Origin: Octopus vulgaris
Taxonomy: Eukaryota
Direction of reading: 5' to 3'
DNA length: 64,000 nucleotides
Assembly: GCA_951406725.2 (NCBI GenBank)
Contig: OX597814.1
Location: 85,870,001-85,934,000 of the forward strand
The notes under the pieces: model-generated
The model's database searches: none
What the model was told of the DNA's origin: nothing
The model's input: only the letters and a program-made list of their open reading frames with translations
Position numbers and translations under genes: made by a program
In this document: positions 14,835 through 25,280 of the stretch, one piece after another
How positions within the stretch are numbered: the first letter of the stretch is position 1
Layout of the letters: each line of letters opens with the position of its first letter

Positions 14835-15469
14835 GAATACAAGTCTAAATATATAAGGCAAATAGCATCACGAAAGTTGGAGAATTCCTCTGAAATTATT
14901 TCCTGGTTATTGACCAGAAATACATCTCCAAAGCAGTTAACAGCTTTTCCACGGTAGAACAGCCGATAAAAGGCTTTCTGCATTTTAGCAGTAAAACATT
15001 CGTGGCTAAATCATCAGAAAACCCCAGAGTAATTCTAACATAAATACGCAAATTAGTCTATCTCATTCTAACAACTAGTATTTTATTTTTCCCTTAAAGG
15101 GTATATTTAACAATCTAGGAACAAAAAGAAGAAGAATATACCTGGCGTACAAAAGTTATAGGGACGCAATTAATCCGCCTTATTATAAAAATCTATTCAA
15201 TCTCTGTAGAATTAATATTGAAAGCGTGTCCCGCACCAAAAGCAGATGTTTGAAAACATCCCCACTATGAAGCCATCTGTAGTTGCCAAAACACGACACA
15301 ATGCAACTCACTGAAAAGAAGGTTTTGTGCAGGGCAAACTCAATTATAACATGGAAGAATACAAGTGCAATCTTCAAGCCAAATCGTGGCACAAACAACG
15401 AGACTCAAGGATCTGGGACAGAGAAAAAAATGTGCACTGCAATCAGTTGTGAAGCAATTGTTTAACATA

Positions 15470-16080
15470 TTAAAATATTGCAATCCAAGAGCAGGAGATT
15501 GCTGCAAAATACCTAATGGTCAAAGATAGCGAAGCCCTTGGAGCCTCAATTTGCAACCGAAAATTATACCACAAATCTGTGGAAGACATCACATAGAGAA
15601 AGATGTTCGAAAATGCCTTTAAGGTAATACTTCACAATGCGACATGATGTTGTCTTTAAAACAATATACAACGCCACCCGAAAAAAAAAAAAGAAGAATG
15701 AATCCTCTAATTATTAAATATACGCATAGACATCAACACAAGAAATATTGATGGAACATTCTAATCGAAACTTTTACCAAATGCAAACACAACAGGCCGG
15801 ATATTTGTTTGAGACAGACAAGGAAAGTCACCATAGAAGTCATCAGTCCTGCTGATATGAATATCACTTCGAAAATGTAAGATAAAGGAGATAAAGACAA
15901 ACAACTGTTTCAAAACATTCAGCTTTTATACCGAGATTATAAATTCACATTTATACCGATAGTAATTTGTGCACTTGGTTTTGTTAGTAAATTCTAAAGC
16001 TAGGGCCTTCGGGAAAAGAAATCAACCAGCTTATTCACAAAGCAATAAAAACATGCAAGACTTTTCTGAAGTTTAAAATG
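15470..16080 (+). pseudogene. R4/Dong-like (REL endonuclease) LINE C-terminal relic
   Basis: Fragments AIQEQEIAAKYLM, SVEDIT, MRHDVV, RPDI, SPADMNI, YKFTFIPIVICALGFV follow the order of the CCHC/RH...PD..(D/E)..K...PIVIGALG region of REL LINEs. Confidence 0.65.
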
Positions 16081-16379
16081 TCACTTTGTTTGGAGCTCTG
16101 TATCTTTGTTGGAAACTAGCTCCATCCTCGGAGAAAGAACTCAAATAATTAAAAATAGAACATAAATACATGGATATTCCGTCAGTCTCGACGAGGAATC
16201 TTCATTTGTTCAATCAACTGAACTATTTACTTATTCAACTAGCGGTAAGTGGCTGATCATTCCACAGTTATATGTATTTCCAACATAATTCTAGCTATGA
16301 GGTGGGAGGCTGCAGGCTGATGCATGTGTGCACACAGTTCTTTGTTAGAAAGTATCATCTGATAGTCTTGATGCTTCAC

Positions 16380-16700
16380 AGGACTCTTCTATTGAAACTA
16401 CCGATCCTCTTTGCCAGGGTCTGAGAGAGGGGCTACATTTTTGCTCCACAGATCATCCTACCAGGACTTTAGTCTCATTCGACGCAGCAGCTGCGAGCTG
16501 GACGCCATTAAGGGAGATCTCCAAGGGGTTCAAAGTCACCTTGGGGGATACAGAGGGGCTGACACGTGACCGCCAGTGATGGAGAGCACTTGTGGACCTG
16601 GTTTGTTCAGTGAATGATGACATCACTGCAACAACAACCCGGGATGACCCCAGCCCCATCAAGCAAGAGCATGAAGCAAGCAAGCACCAAGCAAATACTT
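16380..16700 (+). pseudogene. RTE-like LINE 3' end relic
   Basis: gaccgccagtgatggagagcacttgtggac = DRQ*WRALVD (RTE C-terminal DR..WR..V motif), followed by a short (gcaa)n-like tail. Confidence 0.45.
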
Positions 16701-16954
16701 CTAAGACAGCACCAATATGACCTTAGGGGATGCGGCTGGGCCTTTTGAATTATAGACAGAACTCATCCAAGCGGTGTCTGTTCATTCTCTGTCGACCTGA
16801 TTTCACTTACAAATTTGGTTAGATCCGATGCCATAATATTAAAAGATATTTATCCAAGAAGCGACTCAGTAGAATCGATCCCAGAACCATATGATTTCTA
16901 AGTGATCTTCTTCGCCTTTCTGTCATATTTCCGTTCACATACATACATATATGG

Positions 16955-17305
16955 TAGTTGGCACTCCGTCGGTTACGACGACGAGGGTTCCAGTTGATCC
17001 GATCAACGGAACAGCCTGCTCGTGAAATTTACGTGCAAGTGAAATAAATTAAGGCGGTGCTCCAGCATGGCAGCAGTTAAAGGACTGAAACAAGTAAAAG
17101 AGTAAAAGAGTAAGTGGCTGAGCACTCCACAGACACTTGTGCCCTTAACTTAGTTCTCGGGGAGATTCGGCGTGACACAGTGTGTGACAAGGCTGGCCCT
17201 TTGAAATACAGGTACAACAGAAATAGTGAGAGAAAGAGTGAGAGAAATTTGTGGTGAAAGAGTACAGCAGGGTTCGCCACCATCCCCTGACGGAGCCTCG
17301 GGGAC
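16955..17305 (-). mobile_element. 5'-truncated SINE carrying an inserted ~70-bp tail of the CORE-like SINE (~17041-17111)
   Basis: 17218-17300 is the reverse complement of the middle module at 59296-59370; 16963-17180 is the reverse complement of 45975-46120; the insert ggcggtgctccagcatggc...gaaacaagtaaaagagt is flanked by aagtg. Confidence 0.7.
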
Positions 17306-17356
17306 ATACAAACATACATGCACATAATATACATACACAATACATACATACATACA

Positions 17357-17388
<32 letters not shown>

Positions 17389-18356
17389 CATACATACATA
17401 CATACGCACATAGGTACGTACTTACATAAGCAGAGAAATTTTCAAAAGAACATACATACATTTACAAGAGAATGACAGAGAAAGAAAAACAAAAGTAAAT
17501 GACAAACAATAACATTCACAAAAAAAATTAAATAAGGGAAAAATGAAAAACTACAAAAAAATGAGTAACGTTAATGATAATGGTGGTGATAGTGTTTGCG
17601 TGGTAAATTTGATGATGATGATGACGACGACGACGACGACGATGAGGATGATGATGATGATGATGATAATGATGATGACGGCGATGGCACTGGCGATGAC
17701 GATGCTAGGGGGACAAACACACTCACACAAACACACACGCATATATATATACAGATAGCGGGGTGGTGGTGGTGGTGGTGGTGGTGGTGGTGGTAGTTGT
17801 AGTAATAGTAGTAGGGGTGACGGCGGTAGTGGTGGAGTTGCTTCAATGGTGGTGATGCTGATGGTGACCGTGGTGGTAGCGATGGTGATGAGAATGATGA
17901 TGTTGGAGACGGTAGTGGTGATGATGATGATGATGGAAACGATTGTGGCGCTGGTGGTGCTGGTGGTGTTGGTGGTGGTAGTGGTGATGATGATAAAAAT
18001 AAAAGACAAGACTTCTGATAAGCTAAAAATTTATAATTTATATGAATCCCCTCCTACCTTCTCCATAACCAAAACAAAAAGAAACACAAACAAAAAAAAA
18101 AGCAAAGAAGTGAAGTCGAAAGAATGACAAAGAAATTAAAATATAAAGATAAACAAACAATGACACAACATAAGCTAATAAATAATATAGCTGATTTGGA
18201 ATTTCAATCAGTAATAGTGAATGCATTGAAATTAAAGAATAAAAATAAAATCTAAAACAAAAGATTAATTAATTTTTTTAATTAAAAAAAATACTACCTA
18301 TAGCAAGGATGGCATATGTGCACGTATGAATGATATATGAGACGTATGTATACATG

Positions 18357-18411
<55 letters not shown>

Positions 18412-18415
18412 ATCT

Positions 18416-18454
<39 letters not shown>

Positions 18455-18486
18455 ATGATATATTATATATTATATATTATTTAATA

Positions 18487-18536
<50 letters not shown>

Positions 18537-18698
18537 GTGTGTGTGATTGTGTATAGAAGAATATATTAATAAAAAGAATTCCAACCTTGTCTGATTTTCA
18601 CGTTTTATTTACAATCTTATAATGATATATTATAAGATAATATATTATAATTGAATAAAATAAAATGAAATAGTAGAATGTTAAATATTCATTCTGAT

Positions 18699-18743
18699 TG
18701 AACTAGTACTTTCATGCATTGAATTCTGCAATCTTCGGGTTCA
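18699..18743 (-). ncRNA. Minimal type I hammerhead ribozyme (PLE-associated)
   Basis: RNA UGAAC-CCGAAGA-U-UGCA-gaauucaa-UGCA-U-GAAA-GUAC-UA-GUUCA: stem I UGAAC/GUUCA, core C(C)GANGA and GAAA, palindromic GUAC stem III, predicted cleavage after UA (between 18704 and 18703). Confidence 0.8.
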
Positions 18744-18802
18744 TGTAGTAGTGTTGACAGTCATGCTTCACAATTTTTGACTGTAGCAAGATGAGTGATT
18801 CT

Positions 18803-18920
18803 GTGCTATAAATACAGCTGGGTAGGCTCCAGAGTGCTAGGTTTTGCAAACTGTATTCTGACCAATCAGTGTGTAGTATCACTCAATTACTTAAGCTGAT
18901 TGGTTGGTTGAGCTGATTGG
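18803..18920 (-). promoter_or_regulatory. Putative pLTR Pol II promoter (CCAAT boxes + TATA-like box)
   Basis: Two ctgattgg (CCAATCAG on minus) at ~18896-18920, one ccaatcag on plus at ~18862, and tataaata/TATTTATA at ~18807-18814 about 65 nt upstream of the ribozyme; identical in the 5' copy at ~23078-23195. Confidence 0.5.
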
Positions 18921-19237
18921 TTTAGGCATCACGCTTTGTTGGACAGGTCAAGAGTCCTGTATCTTGACCCTGGCCGAAGCAGCAATTGTTGGGTTATTTT
19001 TAGAAATGTTGTAAATATCCTTTGTCAGAGATTTTTATATTTTTATATTTCAATTGTCATCATCATCATTGTCAGCACCTTAATTATTGTTGCTAGTGGT
19101 GATGGTGGTGGCAATAGAACTTTTAACCCTAAATAAGATAATTTTCCTGCTATCTTCGTCTTGATCACCTTTAGTATTGTTGTTGTTGTTAGTGGTCATG
19201 GTCGTAGCAGTGGAAGTAATACCTCTAAGTATTATTA

Positions 19238-21565
19238 TTATTGCTTATTTAGCTTGGGTTCGAATTTATCAATAAAATTCTTTTCTCTGATTTTCCTCTC
19301 GATTTCACTTGGGCTGTGTAATTTGTAGAATTGAAATATTATATATATTTTCCGACCACATGTTGCTAGGTGGTTACTCAAGGGTATCTGACGGACCTCT
19401 GGGTCTCTAATCTGTTGCCGGTGTACACGTGAGCGTTCTAATAGTGCGTTTCCCGTCTGACCTACATATATTTCTTCACAATTTGGGCATTTGATGCAGT
19501 AAATTAAATTTCTGCTTTTGCAGTTCATATTCGCGTTTGTGAATATTTTCCCGGTTTTTGTGTTTATATATTGACCGGTATGTATGAATTGGCATGTGCC
19601 ACATCGGCTATCATTGCATTTAGATACCGTGAATGTTTGGTCTTTGTTGCTGAGGTCAAATTTTGCCTTTGTTAGTAATGTTTTCAAGTTTTTAGGCTGT
19701 CTTTTACTAAGCACCATAGCTCGATCCTTGATTATGTCTTTTAATTCATTACTTTGGGCAATGATTGGTAGGTTTGCTTTGGCAATGTTGAAGATATTCT
19801 GGTGACATGGGTTGTGTGTCACTATGAATGGTATGACTTGTTCTTGTTTTCCTCTTCCTTGGGTTGTCCTAAGTTGTTGTATATGTATTTTTATAGCCCG
19901 ATGTATGCCATTTTCTATAAGTAGAGATGGGTATTTTTGTTTGAGCAAAAATTCTCTTAGTTCTATTAGGCGTTTGTTCCTGATATTTGCATCTTCTACA
20001 ATAGTACAAATTCTTCTGGCTAGGCAGTATGGGATGTTACGTTTTGTATGTGGTGGATGGCACGACTTAAAATTTAGGTATTGATGTGTGTCTGTGTGTT
20101 TATAGTATATATCTGTGGTGATGGTGGTGTCTTTTTTAATTACCATTATATCCAGGAATGGTAATTTGGTACTACTCATCTCCTTTGTAAATTTGAGAGA
20201 TGGGTGTAGGTTGTTCAGGAGGATATTGAACTCTTCCAGAGTATTTAGAGATTCTGTCCAGATTATGAAACAGTCGTCTAGGTATCTCTTCCATGCCTTT
20301 TCAATATACTTTCTAAATCCAGTGCCATAGTTTACCTCCACCTCTTGGTAGAGTTGTTCTTCTAAGTATCCCATTACAGAGTTGGCGTAAACGGGAGCAA
20401 ACCTCGTTCCCATCGCCGTGCCTCTAATTTGGATGTAATTCTTTCCATTGAAGAAGAATGTGTTATTTTCTAGAATAAGTTTGACTGTGTCTAATATAAA
20501 TGGCACTGTGAATCTGCTGGGAATCACTTCTCTATGTTTTTCTAACCAGTATTTAATCGCCTTTATTCCTAAATCGTGTGGAATATTGGTGTAGAGGCTT
20601 ACCACATCAAAACTTAGTAAAACTGAATTTGTTTCTGTTGTTTTGGGAAGATGGGACAGGAAGTCGATGTCATCCCTGATGAAACTTGGTATGTAAGTAC
20701 ATAGTGGTTTCAAAACAATGTCAATAAAATTGCTTAGACGGTGTGTAGGGCATGCTGGACCAGCTATAATAGGTCTAAGTTTTAGGTCTTTTGGATGTAA
20801 TAATTTTATGTACTCACTTTCTTGTTCTTTTACTGCCTGTTGAATGTTTTTTGATTTGTGTATTTTTGGTAAGCCGTAGAAGTTGCTGGGTTTTGGTTCA
20901 AAATTGGTGATGTAGTCTTTTTCATTATCCGTAAGTGAGTTGTGGTGTGTTGAAATCAGGTTGTTGATCTTTTTCATGATGTGGTGGTCTATATTTGCGG
21001 GTATTTCACAATAGAAGGTTGTATCCTTCAGTTGGTCTTCAACCAAATCCTTATAGTATTCGGTATCCATAATAACAATTGCACCACCTTTATCTGCTTG
21101 TTTAATTATTATTGTTTGATCGTTTTGTATACGTTTACATGCAGACATCTCTGATTTGCTAATGTTTGGCCTAACATTGGTATTGCGTCTAAGGGGAAAT
21201 TTAGACAGGATATCAATGTATTGGTCAAGGTAGTTATTTCTTCCTTTTGGTGGGGTGAAATTTGATTTATTCCTTACTAGGGATTCATCAATCTCATTAC
21301 TTTTGTTAGCGAAGAATTCTACAAGTCGTAATTTTCGACAGAATTTTTGGATATCCTCCTTTAATTCTTGGTGGTTGGCTGTTGGTGTAGGTGTGAATTT
21401 CAGTCCTTTTGACAGAAGTTGGATTTCATCATTGTCAAGATCTCTTTTTGATAAATTAATTATTTTAGGATCTATACGTTCAGTTGTTTGGGGTATGTTT
21501 CCTCTTGGATTTTTTCTTTCTCCGGTGTTTGTTGTCCTGACGTAAAAAAATGGATTTTTTTCTGG
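19238..21565 (-). CDS. PLE reverse transcriptase + GIY-YIG endonuclease (ORF2)
   Basis: Frame is open from ~21565 (first ATG 21148): KIINLS..LLSKGLKFTPT, QADKGG, FYGLPKIHK, LRPII, SFDVVSLYTNI, GTAMGTRFAP, RYLDDCF, LPFLD, C-x4-C-x2-C linker (KCNDSRCGTC), NLIYCIKCPNCEEIYVGQT, RVH..NH, REKNFI..LN. Confidence 0.93.
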   Translation of the reverse strand, partial: PEKNPFFYVRTTNTGERKNPRGNIPQTTERIDPKIINLSKRDLDNDEIQLLSKGLKFTPTPTANHQELKEDIQKFCRKLRLVEFFANKSNEIDESLVRNKSNFTPPKGRNNYLDQYIDILSKFPLRRNTNVRPNISKSEMSACKRIQNDQTIIIKQADKGGAIVIMDTEYYKDLVEDQLKDTTFYCEIPANIDHHIMKKINNLISTHHNSLTDNEKDYITNFEPKPSNFYGLPKIHKSKNIQQAVKEQESEYIKLLHPKDLKLRPIIAGPACPTHRLSNFIDIVLKPLCTYIPSFIRDDIDFLSHLPKTTETNSVLLSFDVVSLYTNIPHDLGIKAIKYWLEKHREVIPSRFTVPFILDTVKLILENNTFFFNGKNYIQIRGTAMGTRFAPVYANSVMGYLEEQLYQEVEVNYGTGFRKYIEKAWKRYLDDCFIIWTESLNTLEEFNILLNNLHPSLKFTKEMSSTKLPFLDIMVIKKDTTITTDIYYKHTDTHQYLNFKSCHPPHTKRNIPYCLARRICTIVEDANIRNKRLIELREFLLKQKYPSLLIENGIHRAIKIHIQQLRTTQGRGKQEQVIPFIVTHNPCHQNIFNIAKANLPIIAQSNELKDIIKDRAMVLSKRQPKNLKTLLTKAKFDLSNKDQTFTVSKCNDSRCGTCQFIHTGQYINTKTGKIFTNANMNCKSRNLIYCIKCPNCEEIYVGQTGNALLERSRVHRQQIRDPEVRQIPLSNHLATCGRKIYIIFQFYKLHSPSEIERKIREKNFIDKFEPKLNKQ

Positions 21566-22748
21566 TTATGATTTATATTCCTGTTGATGTTTGCTTGATG
21601 AATTTTGCGTTTTGGTTGTGGTACTTTACTTGGTTTCGTTATGTTTTCTGTCTTGTTTTTGGTATTATGTATGCTACTTTTCAATTTCTTGTTAGCATTG
21701 TTTTTAACCACCTGGAGAAATGATCTGGGTTTACTTCTAGATCTAGATCGGTTTTTTGTCCAGTTTCTTGTGGGTAATCTCTGTTGAGGTCTTGAAAATG
21801 ATCTCCTGTTATTTCTACTGCTAATGGTCTGTTCAAAACAATATCTATTTTGTTTGTGCTTTTTGTTCATGTTGTGTGCATTAGGGTGTTTGCATACAAA
21901 ATGGGAAGAGTTCTTACCGTAGTTCGTCTTCGATTCGTGGTGAAACGGGTGTTCATGTTGCCACGTGTTCTGGTGTATGTTGCGTTGGTGAGGTTGTCCA
22001 CTTTTAATGCTATTTCTCGGAGTTCTGGTGTCTTTACCGTAATTTGTAGCATATTTGTCGAGAAATAATTGTTTCCGCTGCCAAAACTTTCTTGATCTGC
22101 TTTCTTCTTTTGAGATATCTCTGATCCATAGTTCTCGCATTTTTTCTGCTATATTGCCGGTCGTTAGTTTGGATATTTCATCTCTGATTTGATCATCGAT
22201 AGCTTCGTATTTGGCTTTGTAGCGGGATTGTTTAGACAGGGTAATGGAGATGTCGGTCCTGAATTTTATCAAACTAAGGTCCCATCGAAGTTTAGTTTCT
22301 TCCTCTGGTTCTCCTGCAATTTCTTTAATTAGGTACTTCCGAGGAAGTATGGGTGCCGCTAAAGATATCCATTTCGAATGTATTTCAGCATATTTTTCGC
22401 ATTTATATGCCTTCCAGAAGTTTTGTTTTCTTATGTTAAGGAGTTTTTTCCATGTCTTCTGTATCTCTTCTCTTTTTCCAGATTTCTTTCGTTTATTTCT
22501 GACATCCAAGGAGGTTGTGGTAGGCTTTCTCTTGTAGATTTTATAATTGTTGGTATCATTTCAGCTAAATTCTTAATTTCAGAGTTTATGTGTTCATTTC
22601 CAAGTTTTCCGTCTGTAGACTGTTTTTCTATTTCCTTTAAAATAGAAGATTGTGTGTCAATCATCGTGATGAGTGTTGATAATTTCGATGAAATTTCCAT
22701 TAGAATTCTTTCGGATTCTGTTAATTTTGTTTGTTGCTTTCCAGACAT
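21472..22748 (-). CDS. PLE ORF1 (helical N-terminal half + basic/low-complexity C-terminal half), split by one frameshift near 22475
   Basis: ATG at 22748 (MSGKQQTK...); continues in the -1 frame as REEIQKTWKKLLNIRKQNFW...PILPRKY...YEAIDDQI...W; R/K/N/S-rich tail (NRSRSRSKPRS); stop at 21472. Confidence 0.75.
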
Positions 22749-22773
22749 GTTGGCATATACACAATAGGAATAT

Positions 22774-22809
<36 letters not shown>

Positions 22810-22811
<2 letters not shown>

Positions 22812-23370
22812 GTGTGTGTGATTGTGTATAGAAGAATATATTAATAAAAATAATTCCAACCTTGTCTGATTTTCACGTTTTATTTACAATCTTATAATGA
22901 TATATTATAAGATAATATATTATAATTGAATAAAATAAAATGAAATAGTAGAATGTTAAATATTCATTCTGATTGAACTAGTACTTTCATGCATTGAATT
23001 CTGCAATCTTCGGGTTCATGTAGTAGTGTTGACAGTCATGCTTCACAATTTTTGACTGTAGCAAGATGAGTGATTCTGTGCTATAAATACAGCTGGGTAG
23101 GCTCCAGAGTGCTAGGTTTTGCAAACTGTATTCTGACCAATCAGTGTGTAGTATCACTCAATTACTTAAGCTGATTGGTTGGTTGAGCTGATTGGTTTAG
23201 GCATCACGCTTTGTTGGACAGGTCAAGAGTCCTGTATCTTGACCCTGGCCGAAGCAGCAATTGTTGGGTTATTTTTAGAAATGTTGGAAATATCCTTTGT
23301 CAGAGATTTTTATATTTTTATATTTCAATTGTCATCATCATCATTGTCAGCACCTTAATTATTGTTGCTA
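22810..23370 (-). repeat. 5' pseudo-LTR copy
   Basis: Near-identical to 18535-19095; separated from the ORF1 leader by an internal (TA)n at ~22776-22809. Confidence 0.95.
22974..23018 (-). ncRNA. Minimal type I hammerhead ribozyme (5' pLTR copy)
   Basis: Identical to 18699-18743. Confidence 0.8.
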
Positions 23371-23483
23371 TATATATATATATAATATGTATATAATACA
23401 TAATATATATGTATGTGTGTGTATATATATATGATATATGATACATTATTTAATATATATTATATATATGTAATATATATATA

Positions 23484-23558
<75 letters not shown>

Positions 23559-23901
23559 GTATGTATACACACACACATATATATATATATACATATATAT
23601 AAAACTCAAAAGAATTGGGATTTCGAAATCCAGGATGATACTTCTTTATAAGCATTCTGTTGTAATCCGAACTTCGCTAACTGTATCGACCGGTAGGAAA
23701 CACTAGAAACCATGTAGATCAAACAGTTACTGTTGTACTTCCATTTGATTAGTAAATACAGAATTCGATTCGAAGAATCACGTGTAAAATTGCAGAATAT
23801 ATTTGAAAGAAACAATGAAGAGTAGAGAATTACACATTTGTAGTTCATGTTCTTACATAAATTTCTGTATACACACACACACACATACATCGAAGACGTA
23901 T

Positions 23902-24170
23902 GAGCGTTCAGCTTTTGCTGAACGACCTGCACAAATGACTTGTTTACAGTGATCAAATGTTCGTGCCGCACATGAGCTTACTCTCTTCATCGAATCGATG
24001 TTGTCTGAACTGGTGCACAGTGTGCCACGCGTCAGGTGTCGAAGTGATGGCAGAGCAACGTGAGATGCTGTGTTTTTGCTCAAGAACACAACGCACCGTC
24101 TGGCCTAGCAATTGAAATCGCCATCTAGCGATCGCGTGTACAACACCCTAACCACTAAACCGTGAGCCCT
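23902..24170 (-). mobile_element. tRNA-derived SINE with CORE-like segment
   Basis: Minus strand: cggtttagtggttagggtg (A box)...gatttcaattgc (B box-like)...ttgtgttcttgagcaaaaacac (CORE-like). Confidence 0.55.
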
Positions 24171-24199
24171 CACATACATACATATGTGTGTGTGTGTGT

Positions 24200-24260
<61 letters not shown>

Positions 24261-24261
24261 C

Positions 24262-24317
<56 letters not shown>

Positions 24318-24414
24318 CGGGAAGCTTTATGAAAATAAACAAAAGACGAAGGCAGGTGGAAAACAAACGAACAATTGTATTAGTATGGCGCTCAGGAAAT
24401 ATAAATAAAACAAG

Positions 24415-24452
24415 TCTTTAACGTTTCGAGCCTACGCTCTTCAACAGAAAGA
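24415..24452 (-). ncRNA. Hammerhead-like motif with variant core
   Basis: UCUUU-CUGUUGA-A-GAGC-guag-GCUC-GAAACGUU-AAAGA: stems I and II perfect, palindromic AACGUU, core CUGUUGA instead of CUGAUGA. Confidence 0.6.
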
Positions 24453-25280
24453 TACACAGAGAGAGAAAAACACAGAAAGAAGGAGAGAAAAAAGATGCGT
24501 GCAGTAGCTAACGAATCAACATGGCGATCTGATTTCGGCCAGAGGTCAAAGATCAAACATGAGACGCGAGAGCGAAATAAGGGGAGATAATAGGGTTGAT
24601 AAAAGGGTTGAGGGACCAGCTAAAAGTGCGTGGGAGGGGTCTGGATGTGTGTATGTATAGGGTTGGTGTATGTATTAGTATGTATAAGGGTGTGTGTGTG
24701 TGTGTGTGTGTGTATGAGAGAGTATTAGTGCGTAAGATTGGTCTGGACGTGCGTATGTATGGGGTTGGTGTATGTATTAGTATGTATTAGTATGTATTAG
24801 TACGTATTGGTATGTATAGGTGTGTGTGTGTGTGTGTGAGAGAGTATAAGTGCGTATGCGGGGTCTGGACGTGTGTATGTATAGGGTTGGTGTAAGTATT
24901 AGTATGTACTGGTATGTATTAGTACGTATTAGTATGTATTAGTTGGTGTGTGTATTAGTATGGCACATCATATGTGATGTGATGTGTAAAGTCATGTGGT
25001 GTAGTGAGGAGAAGAGGGGGAGGGGGAGAAGAGGGGGGGAGAGAAGGCGAGAGGAAGAAGAGGGGGAGGAGAAGGGGGAAGAGGAGAGGATGGGGGAGAG
25101 GAAGGGGAGGAGGGGGATGAAGGAGGAAAGAGGGAGAGAGGGAGTGAGGGAGCAGAGGGAAGGGGAAGAGGGAGGGAGAAAGAGGGAAGAAGGGAAGGGG
25201 AGTAGGGGTGAAAGGATGAAGGACTGTAGAAGTAGGGGTCGGGGGGAGAAAGGATAGGTGAGGAGGGGGGAGAGGGGGGT

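Larger units (their letters stand above)
18535..19095 (-). repeat. 3' pseudo-LTR copy
   Basis: Matches 22810-23370 with only 2 substitutions seen by eye (aaaaagaatt vs aaaaataatt; gttgtaaat vs gttggaaat); AATAAA on the minus strand at 18604-18609. Confidence 0.95.
18535..23370 (-). mobile_element. Penelope-like retroelement (Neptune-type), near full length with pseudo-LTRs, inserted in (TA)n
   Basis: 561-bp direct repeats 4275 bp apart flank ORF1 and an RT+GIY-YIG ORF; (TA)n on both flanks. Confidence 0.95.

Noticed and set aside
22431-22510. Second -1 overlap inside ORF1 with an A_AAA_AAC heptamer (GGA AAA AAC)
   Set aside because: Adding one A to the A5 run near 22475 gives a natural continuous LEKREEIQKTW, so a homopolymer deletion (mutation or assembly error) is more parsimonious than a second programmed frameshift.
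18535-23370. LTR retrotransposon interpretation of the 561-bp direct repeats
   Set aside because: No TG...CA ends, PBS, protease, RNase H or integrase; the RT motifs and GIY-YIG are PLE-type.
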